DNA of 64,000 nt from Dermatophilaceae bacterium. Its GTDB lineage: Bacteria; Actinomycetota; Actinomycetes; Actinomycetales; Dermatophilaceae. Location: positions 13,036-77,035 of the forward strand of contig DASSLY010000010.1 in assembly GCA_035689185.1 (NCBI GenBank). The letters run 5' to 3'. Positions 9,041 through 16,540 of the stretch are shown in pieces. Under the pieces are notes generated by a model. It did no database searches. It was not told the origin of the DNA and was given only the letters and a program-made list of their open reading frames with translations. A program made the translations under genes and the position numbers. The stretch's first letter is position 1, and each line of letters starts with the position of its first letter.

Positions 9041-10010
9041 GTGGCCGCCCCCGTCACCGCCACCGCCCCGCGGACCGACGAGCGCCCCAGGCCGTTGAGC
9101 TCACTGCTCGGCCCCCGGCCGAAGGGCTCCCGGGCCAACCGCCCGCACCCGGCGCTGTTCCTCTTCCCGCTGCCCGCGCTGGTCCTGTACGTCGTCTTCT
9201 TCGCCATCCCCACCCTGGAGGCGGTGCGCTACGCCGTCACCGACTGGGACGGCTTCAGCGCCGACTACCAGGACGTGGGGGTGTCCAACTTCGCCACCAT
9301 CGCCACGGCGGACGACCTGTTCCGCAACGCGCTGTTCAACAACGTCAAGTTCATGCTGGTCGTCGTCGTCTTCCAGACGCTGTTCTCGCTGGTGCTGGCG
9401 GTCTTCCTGGTCAAGAACAGCCGCAGCTCAGTGCTGCTCCGCTCGCTCTACTTCTTCCCGACCATCCTCAGCTCGGTGTCGGTCGCGTTCATCTGGAAGT
9501 TCGTCTACGACCCCAACTTCGGGCTGCTCAACACCTTCTTCGGCGCGGTCGGACTGGACGGGCTGAAGAGCGCGTTCCTCGGCGACGACACAAAGGCCAT
9601 CTACTTCGTGGCGGTGACCCAGGTGTGGTTCCACGTCGGTCAGATGATGGTCATCTATGTCGCCGGCCTGCAGCAGATCCCGGCCGAGCTGTACGAGTCG
9701 GCCACGGTGGACGGCGCCTCCCGCTGGCAGCTGTTCCGTCACGTCACCTGGCCGATGGTGGCGCCAGCCACCGGGATCGTCATCGCCTACACCACCGTCC
9801 AGAGCTTCAAGTCCTTTCGACCTGATCCTCGGCCTGGGCGGAAACCCGCCGAAGCCGTCCCTGGACATCCTGTCCACCCGCATCTACGCCGGCTTCGCCA
9901 ACTCCCAGTTCGGCTACGCCGCAGCGGAGTCCATCATCTTCATGCTCGTCATCGCACTCGTCACCTGGCTGCAGCGCCGCGCCGTGCGCCGCACGCAGGG
10001 TTCGGTCTAG
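9041..10010 (+). pseudogene. carbohydrate ABC transporter permease (MalF/UgpA-like) interrupted by a +1 frameshift near 9815
   Basis: The N-terminal 258 codons are in the frame of ORF 9041..10162 ('...TTVQSFKSF'). The conserved C-terminus 'DLILGLGGNPPKPSLDILSTRIYAGFANSQFGYAAAESIIFMLVIALVTWLQRR' is in the frame of ORF 9657..10010. The junction is 'aag tcc ttt cga cct', where one extra T in a TTT run breaks the frame. Confidence 0.8.
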
Positions 10011-10020
10011 GAGGGCCGCC

Positions 10021-10836
10021 ATGGGCTATAACCTCACCCGCCGGGGGGTGCTGTTCGTGTATGCCGTGCTGGTGGTCGTCCCGCTCGCGGTCGTCATCGC
10101 CGGCACCTTCAAGACCACCCAGGAGCTGTTCGCCTCCCCGTTCGGGCTGCCGAGCAGCCTGAAGACAACCAACTACACCAGCGTCCTGGGCGAGAACGGC
10201 CTCGGCCAGGCTTTCGTGAACAGCGTTGTCGTCACAGCCTGCTCGGTGCCACTGACGCTGTTCATCGGCAGCCTCGCAGCCTACGGCGTGTCCCGGATCC
10301 CTGGCTGGCGCGGTGGGCTGATCTATGGCTTCCTGGTCCTGGGGATGGCGGTCCCGGCCCAGGCCAACATGATCCCGCAATACGTGCTCTTCGACCTGCT
10401 CGGGCTCACGAACAACCTGCTCGGATTGATCCTGATCAACATCGTGGTGACGCTGCCGATCGCGGTGTTCATCATGGCCGGGTTCCTCAAGACGCTGCCC
10501 CGGGAGATGTACGAAGCGACCGCGATCGACGGCTCCGGCCCATGGCGGACCTACCGGTCGGTCATCCTGCCGCTGTCGGTCCCGTCCCTGGCTGCCACGG
10601 CGATCTTCTTGTTCGTCATCCACTGGAACGACCTGCTCTACCCCCTGCTGTTCATCCAGGAGCCGACCAGGCAGACGCTGCCCGTGGCGCTGCTGTCGTT
10701 CCAGGGCGAGTTCCTCACCGACTACCCCCTGCTGTTCACCGGGGTCGTCGTGGCGTCCACCCCGATCGTGCTGGCCTACGTCTTCCTCCAACGCTACTTC
10801 GTCGCCGGCATCACCGCCGGCTCGGTGAAGGGCTGA
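10021..10836 (+). CDS. carbohydrate ABC transporter permease (MalG/UgpE-like)
   Basis: 271 aa, 6-TM pattern. EAA-loop-like 'EMYEATAIDGSGPWRTYRSVILP'. Confidence 0.85.
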   Translation: MGYNLTRRGVLFVYAVLVVVPLAVVIAGTFKTTQELFASPFGLPSSLKTTNYTSVLGENGLGQAFVNSVVVTACSVPLTLFIGSLAAYGVSRIPGWRGGLIYGFLVLGMAVPAQANMIPQYVLFDLLGLTNNLLGLILINIVVTLPIAVFIMAGFLKTLPREMYEATAIDGSGPWRTYRSVILPLSVPSLAATAIFLFVIHWNDLLYPLLFIQEPTRQTLPVALLSFQGEFLTDYPLLFTGVVVASTPIVLAYVFLQRYFVAGITAGSVKG

Positions 10837-10841
10837 CCGGC

Positions 10842-13151
10842 ATGGCAGGCACCCTGCTGCTGCGGCGGGTCAGCGGCGTCCACATCGACGACGGCGACGT
10901 CCGCGTCGGCATCGACGCGCTGCCCGGCGTGCAGCTTGGGGTGATGCCGGGCTGGCTGAGCGGCGAGCCCCTGCTGGAGCAGGGCGTCGAGACCACGATG
11001 CCCAACCTGCCAGACCTCGACCTGCCGCCGACCGACGCGGTGCCCTACCAGCTGCGGGTGGGAGCGCCGGCGCCCGGGGTCCTGCGGCTCACGCTGGCGC
11101 CGGCCGGCGCGCCGGTGCTGGAGGACGACGGCAGCTGGCTGGGCATCGTCACCGACCCGGCCCCCCAGGCCACCGGCCTGGACGTCCGGGAGTCCGCGGG
11201 CGAGGTGGTCGTCATCGCGGCGGGGGCGCGGTTGCGGATCGGCCGGGCGCCGTTCACCCTCACCCTGGAGGACCCGGAAAGCGGCCGCACGCTGCTGCGC
11301 TCAGCGCACCGGCTGCGCCAGGTGGCCGGCCGGATGATGGCCCCGACCGCGCTCGCCGACGGGGCCGGGCTGACCCTGCACCTGGAGCTCGGCACGAGCG
11401 AGGACATCCTCGGTTTCGGCGAGCAGTTCGGCCGGCTGGTCAAGAACGGCCAACAGCTCACGCTGCGCAGCGAGGACGCCTGCGGCACCGGGACCGGACT
11501 GGCGTACAAGCCGGTCCCGGTGTGGCAGTCCACCTGCGGCTACACCGGATTCGTCAACACCGGCGCGGTCGTGACCGCCGACGTCGGCCACTCCCGGCCG
11601 TCGGTCCTGGCGCTCACGGTCGCCGACGAGGCGCTCGACCTCTACCTGGTCGCCGGCGAGGACCCGAAGGCCAGGCTGACCGCATACACCGCCCTGACCG
11701 GCCGTGCGCAGGTGCCGCCGGTGTGGGCCTTCGGCTACTGGATGGGGCGCTGCCGCTACCACTCCCGCGAGGAGGTGCTGCAGGTCGCGCGGACCATGCG
11801 CGAACACCGGGTGCCGCTGGACGTGCTGCACCTGGACCCGGACTGGCTGGTCGTCGACCGGCTCAACTGCGACTTCATCTGGAACGAGGAGCGGTTCGGC
11901 AACCGCCGCGAGTTCGTGGCGGCACTGGCCGAGAACGGAGTGCGGCTTTCGGTCTGGGAGCTGCCGTATCTGGACCCGGCCAGCCCGCGGTTCGCCGAGG
12001 CCGCGGACAAGGGCTACCTGGTGCGGCGTGCCGACGGGACCCTGGCAGCCATCCAGAACACCCCCACCCCGGACGGGCGGACGCGCGCCTTGGTCGACTT
12101 CACCAACGGCGACGCCCGCGCCTGGTGGCAGGGGATGCACGAGGCATTCCTCGATGACGGCGTGGCCGTGTTCAAGACCGACTTCGGCGAGGCCCTGCCG
12201 GACGACGTCGCGCTCGACGACGGGACCCCCGCCAACCACGCGCACAACCTGTACCCGTTGCGGTACAACGGAACTGTCAGCGAGGCCATCGCCCGCTCGA
12301 CCGGCCGGGCCCCGCTGGTGTGGGGGCGCAGCGGCTGGGCCGGGTCTCAGCGGTACCCCGGCCAGTGGGGCGGCGACGCCGAGTCCACCGTCGCGGGCAT
12401 GCAGGCCACCCTGCGCGGCGGACTGTCGTATGCCGTGAGCGCACCCGGTTTCTGGAGCCACGACATCGGCGGCTTCTTCGGTCCCGAGCTCACCCCGGCG
12501 CTGTACGTGCGGTGGACCCAGATGGGTGCCCTCTCGCCGCTGATGCGCGCGCACGGCCTGCGCCCGCGCGAGCCCTGGCAGTTCGGCGAGCGGGCCCTGG
12601 AAGTCGCCCGGCGGTGGGTGCGGCTGCGGTACGAACTGCTGCCCACGCTGTGGCAGGTGGCCAACGAGGCCGCCGCGAAAGGGTGGCCGGTGATGCGCCC
12701 GCTCGGGTTGGAGTTCCCGCACGACCGGGTGGCCCAGTCCGTCGACGACTCGTTCATGGTCGGCTCCGACCTGCTTGTCGTGCCGGTGTTCGACGACGGG
12801 GACGGCCCGGTCAGGCGCACCTTCTACCTGCCCGACGGGCGCTGGCACGACCTGCTCGACGGCACCGCATACACCGGCCCCGGCTTCCACCAGGTGGAGG
12901 TGCCGCTGGAGACGATGCCTGTGCTCGTCCGCAGCGGTGCCGTGCTGGCCCGGGTACCCGTCGACGACACGGTCCGCGGCACCGACGACCTGCTCGGCCG
13001 GCCCTGGCAGCTGCACGCCTACGGGGCCCCCACCGACCGTGACCTCACGCTCGTCGGCTTCGACGGGAGCAGGACCCGGGTCCGGATCGCCGGCGGGCGG
13101 GCCACCGGGCAGGGCAGCCAGCCGGTGGACCCGCGGGTGCGCCGTGGCTGA
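10842..13151 (+). CDS. glycoside hydrolase family 31 (alpha-glucosidase/alpha-xylosidase-like)
   Basis: 769 aa from ATG 10842. 'VFKTDFGE' (nucleophile Asp context) and 'WGGDAEST' (acid/base context). 'LHLDPDWLVVDRLNCDFIWNEERF' resembles the YicI-type segment. Confidence 0.85.
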   Translation: MAGTLLLRRVSGVHIDDGDVRVGIDALPGVQLGVMPGWLSGEPLLEQGVETTMPNLPDLDLPPTDAVPYQLRVGAPAPGVLRLTLAPAGAPVLEDDGSWLGIVTDPAPQATGLDVRESAGEVVVIAAGARLRIGRAPFTLTLEDPESGRTLLRSAHRLRQVAGRMMAPTALADGAGLTLHLELGTSEDILGFGEQFGRLVKNGQQLTLRSEDACGTGTGLAYKPVPVWQSTCGYTGFVNTGAVVTADVGHSRPSVLALTVADEALDLYLVAGEDPKARLTAYTALTGRAQVPPVWAFGYWMGRCRYHSREEVLQVARTMREHRVPLDVLHLDPDWLVVDRLNCDFIWNEERFGNRREFVAALAENGVRLSVWELPYLDPASPRFAEAADKGYLVRRADGTLAAIQNTPTPDGRTRALVDFTNGDARAWWQGMHEAFLDDGVAVFKTDFGEALPDDVALDDGTPANHAHNLYPLRYNGTVSEAIARSTGRAPLVWGRSGWAGSQRYPGQWGGDAESTVAGMQATLRGGLSYAVSAPGFWSHDIGGFFGPELTPALYVRWTQMGALSPLMRAHGLRPREPWQFGERALEVARRWVRLRYELLPTLWQVANEAAAKGWPVMRPLGLEFPHDRVAQSVDDSFMVGSDLLVVPVFDDGDGPVRRTFYLPDGRWHDLLDGTAYTGPGFHQVEVPLETMPVLVRSGAVLARVPVDDTVRGTDDLLGRPWQLHAYGAPTDRDLTLVGFDGSRTRVRIAGGRATGQGSQPVDPRVRRG

Positions 13152-14232
13152 CCGCTGGGACGACCTGCCGGAGAAGCTGGGCGGTCTGTGCCGGATCGCC
13201 GCCGAGGCCGGCCTGGACACACTGGTTCTGCGCGAACCGGCCACCCTGGCTTGGTTGTTCGAAGCCCGGGTGCACGTCCCTCTGACTCTGGACGCGGCCT
13301 GCCTGGAGGCGGTGGTGCACGTGGCGGACCCGCCGGGGCTGACCGTGGTGACGAATGCGATCGAGGCTCCCCGGCTGCAGGACACCGAGCTGGCCGGGCT
13401 GCCCGCCGAGTGGCTCGTCCTGCCTTGGTGGCAGCCCCGCGACGCCGCCCTGCCGACCGGCCCACAGGTCGGCGGCGACCGGCCGGGCCTGGGCACCGTT
13501 GACGTGCGGGCCGGTGTCGCCGCCGTGCGCCGCGTCCTCACCCCGCGGCAGCGCGACCTGCTGGCGGCGGTCGGCCGCGACGCGGCCTGCGCGGCCACCC
13601 GGACCGCGCTGCGGGTCACACCAGCGACCAGCGAGTATGCCGCGGCCGGACTGTTCGCCGCGGAACTGATGAGTGCCGGCATGGACCCGGTCGTGCTCAT
13701 GGTCGCCGGCGGGACACGCGGCGGGCGGCACCGGCATCCGCTGCCGACGGCGGACCCGGTGGGATCGCGGGCGATGCTCGTCTGCTGCGCCCGGCGGGAC
13801 GGCCTGATCGCCAGCGTCACCCGGATCGTGAGCTTCGACCCGCTTTCCCGCGCCCAGGAGGACACCTACCGGCGACTGCTGCTGGTGGAGCGGGCCTTCC
13901 TCGACGCCACCCAGCCCGGCACCCAGCTGGCGGCGGCGTTCTCAGCCGGCGCCGCGGCATACCGGGCTCAGGGCTTCGACCCGCAGGAGTGGCACCGGCA
14001 CCACCAAGGCGGGCTGTCCGGGCTGCAGCCGCGGGAGTTCCCGGCCCACCACGACAGCGAGGTGGTTCTGCGGGAGGGGATGGTCGCCGCCTGGAACCCC
14101 AGCGCCGCCGGCTGGAAGGTGGAGGACACCGCCGTGATCCGCGCCGGCGGGCCGGACCTGCTGGTCCACGACCCGGAGTGGCCCTGCGTCGAGGTGGGCG
14201 GCCGCGCCCGGCCCGGCGTTCTCCTGCGCTGA
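13144..14232 (+). CDS. M24-fold (creatinase / Xaa-Pro peptidase-like) protein with apparently degenerate metal ligands
   Basis: GTG 13144 overlaps the GH31 stop (GTGGCTGA). The pita-bread-fold-like C-terminal half contains 'HRHHQGGLSG' and 'VEDTAVI'. By-eye alignment puts 'LVCCARRDGLIASVTR' where the two Asp ligands normally sit, and 'AAWNPS' where an 'EP' Glu ligand is expected. Confidence 0.6.
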   Translation: MADRWDDLPEKLGGLCRIAAEAGLDTLVLREPATLAWLFEARVHVPLTLDAACLEAVVHVADPPGLTVVTNAIEAPRLQDTELAGLPAEWLVLPWWQPRDAALPTGPQVGGDRPGLGTVDVRAGVAAVRRVLTPRQRDLLAAVGRDAACAATRTALRVTPATSEYAAAGLFAAELMSAGMDPVVLMVAGGTRGGRHRHPLPTADPVGSRAMLVCCARRDGLIASVTRIVSFDPLSRAQEDTYRRLLLVERAFLDATQPGTQLAAAFSAGAAAYRAQGFDPQEWHRHHQGGLSGLQPREFPAHHDSEVVLREGMVAAWNPSAAGWKVEDTAVIRAGGPDLLVHDPEWPCVEVGGRARPGVLLR

Positions 14233-14261
14233 CCGCCGTACCGCAACCACAAGGAGCACAC

Positions 14262-15689
14262 GTGAGCATCACCGCGCTGCCGTTGATCGACGGACGCTGG
14301 GAGACACCGGAGCACGTCGTCGACGTCGTCAACCCCGCCACCGGGACCGTGGCCGGACGCCTCGGCTGGGGCGGCCCCGGGGACGCCGTGCGCGCGGCCG
14401 ACGCCGCCGCCCGCGCGCTGCCGTCCTGGGCGGCCCGGCCCGCCCGCGCCCGGGCGGACCTGCTCCGCGAGGCCGCTGAGCTGCTGGCGGCCCGCGCGGA
14501 GACGATCGGCCGGCTGCTCGCGGCCGAGGCCGGCAAGCGGCTGCCGGAGGCGGTGGGCGAGGTCGCCTTCTCGGCGGAGTACCTCCGCTGGTTCGCCGAG
14601 CAGGCCAGGCGCCCCGAGGGGCAGGTCATCCCGCACGAGGCCCCGGGACGGCGGCACCTGACGATCCGCCGTCCGGTGGGCGTCGTCGCCAGCCTGACCC
14701 CGTGGAACTTCCCCTGCTCCATCCAGGCCCGGAAACTGGCCCCGGCGCTCGCCGCCGGGTGCACGGTCGTCGCCCGGGTCTCGGAGAAGGCGCCGCTCGC
14801 GGTCACCGAGATGGTCCGCTGCCTGGTGGAGGCGGGGATCCCGGCGGGGGTGGTCAACCTGGTGCACGGCCCGGCGCGGGAAGTGACCCAGGCCCTGCTG
14901 GACCATCGGGCCGTGCGCGCGGTCAGCTTCACCGGCTCCACCGAGGTGGGGCGGCAGATCATGGCCTCGGCGGCACGGCGCATCGTGCGGCCGCTGCTGG
15001 AGCTCGGCGGCGACGCGGCCTTCGTCGTGTTCGAGGACGCCGACCTGGACGCCGCGGTGGAGGGGGCGATGCTGGCCAAGTTCCGCAACACCGGTCAGTC
15101 GTGCATCGCCGCGAACCGGTTCGTCGTCCACGAGCCCGTCTACGACGAGTTCGTCTCCCGGCTGGTCAAGGCCGTGGACGCGATGACCGTCGGCGACGGG
15201 CTCGCCGACCCGTGCCCCGACCTGGGTCCGGTGATCGACCGGAGCCGGGTGCTGGCCGTGCAGGGACTCGTCGACCAGGCCCTGCAGGCAGGTGCGACCC
15301 GGCTCACCCGCGTGGCCGAGCTGCCCTCCCACGGCACGTATGTCGCGCCGACGCTGCTCGCCGACGTGCCCGGCGACGCGGCGATCGGGCGCACCGAGGT
15401 GTTTGGACCCGCCGCCGCCGTCTTCCCGTTCCGGGACGAGGACGAGGCGGTCGCGCGCGCCAACGCCACCGAGATGGGCCTGGCCGGGTACTTCTGGTCA
15501 CGCGACGTCGGGCGCGTGTGGCGGATGGCGGAACGGCTGGAGGTCGGCATCGTCGGCGCGAACAACGCCCTGCCCACCGTGTGCTTCGCGCCGATGGGCG
15601 GGGTGAAGCAGTCCGGCCTGGGCCGCGAGGGCGCCGACGCGGGGCTGGCGGAGTTCCAGGACGTCGGCTACGTCGCGCTCGGGCTGTGA
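14262..15689 (+). CDS. NAD(P)+-dependent aldehyde dehydrogenase, succinate-semialdehyde dehydrogenase (GabD)-like
   Basis: GTG 14262 follows AAGGAG. 'SLTPWNFP', 'FTGSTEVG', 'ELGGDAAFVVF' and 'FRNTGQSCIAANRF' (catalytic Glu and Cys contexts). Confidence 0.85.
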   Translation: MSITALPLIDGRWETPEHVVDVVNPATGTVAGRLGWGGPGDAVRAADAAARALPSWAARPARARADLLREAAELLAARAETIGRLLAAEAGKRLPEAVGEVAFSAEYLRWFAEQARRPEGQVIPHEAPGRRHLTIRRPVGVVASLTPWNFPCSIQARKLAPALAAGCTVVARVSEKAPLAVTEMVRCLVEAGIPAGVVNLVHGPAREVTQALLDHRAVRAVSFTGSTEVGRQIMASAARRIVRPLLELGGDAAFVVFEDADLDAAVEGAMLAKFRNTGQSCIAANRFVVHEPVYDEFVSRLVKAVDAMTVGDGLADPCPDLGPVIDRSRVLAVQGLVDQALQAGATRLTRVAELPSHGTYVAPTLLADVPGDAAIGRTEVFGPAAAVFPFRDEDEAVARANATEMGLAGYFWSRDVGRVWRMAERLEVGIVGANNALPTVCFAPMGGVKQSGLGREGADAGLAEFQDVGYVALGL

Positions 15690-15699
15690 CGGGGGCGAG

Positions 15700-16422
15700 A
15701 TGACCGCCGACCTGGTGCTGCTGCCGCTGGGGGTGGTGGCCGGCGCCGTCACCCAGCGGGTCACCGGCATCGGCTTCGCCCTGGTCAGCGCGCCCCTGCT
15801 GGTGCTGGTCGCGGGGCCGTTCGACGGCATCATCCTGTCCAACATCCTGGGCCTGCTCGTCAGCGCCGTGGTGCTGGCCAGCACGTGGCGGCACGCGCAG
15901 TGGCGGCGCGGCGCGCTGCTGGCCCTGCCGGCGCTGGCCGCCATCCCGCTCGGCGCGCTGGTCGCGCGGCGGGTGCCGGGGCCGGTCCTGCTCGTCCTCA
16001 TCGGCAGCCTGGTGCTGGTCGCGCTGGCGCTGGTGCAGCTCAGCCCCCGGGCGCGCATCCTGCGCGGCCGCCGGGGAGCCGTGGCCGCCGGCGCGGCCAG
16101 CGGATTCATGAACGTCACCGCCGGGGTGGGCGGCCCGGCGATCGTCCTGTATGCGGTGAGCACGGCCTGGGAGCACCGGCGCTTCGTCGCGACGTTCCAG
16201 TACTACTCGGTCATGGTCAACCTGGCCTCGCTGCTCGTCAAAGGCGCGCCGAGCCTGCCCGGCTCAGCCCTGCTGGTGTCCGTGGCGGCGCTGGCGGTGG
16301 GCCTTGCCGGGGGGGAAGTCCTGTCCCGACGGGTCAGCCCGGAACGCGCCAGCCGGGCCGTCCTAGTGCTGGCCACCGCCGGCGCGCTGTCGACGGTGGT
16401 CAAGGGTGTGGTCTCCTGGTGA
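15700..16422 (+). CDS. TauE/SafE (TSUP) family anion/sulfonate exporter
   Basis: 240 aa polytopic membrane protein. 'VTGIGFALVSAPLL' and 'NVTAGVGGPAIVLY' are the paired TSUP repeats. Confidence 0.75.
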   Translation: MTADLVLLPLGVVAGAVTQRVTGIGFALVSAPLLVLVAGPFDGIILSNILGLLVSAVVLASTWRHAQWRRGALLALPALAAIPLGALVARRVPGPVLLVLIGSLVLVALALVQLSPRARILRGRRGAVAAGAASGFMNVTAGVGGPAIVLYAVSTAWEHRRFVATFQYYSVMVNLASLLVKGAPSLPGSALLVSVAALAVGLAGGEVLSRRVSPERASRAVLVLATAGALSTVVKGVVSW

Positions 16423-16540
16423 GCCGTCAGGCACGCGCCGCTGGTCGCGGGCACGATGGCGGTGAGCGAGCCGCCGGCGCCGGTGCGGGCGGCCGGGTCG
16501 AGGTCGAGCGGGAGAAGTTCAAGCGGCAGAAGGAGCGGCC

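Noticed and set aside
10842-13151. Calling the GH31 a sulfoquinovosidase (yihQ).
   Set aside because: By eye, the sulfonate-binding R-x-x-W element of YihQ-type enzymes is not evident, and the segment looks YicI-like. I kept it as a generic GH31 and raised the question as a finding.
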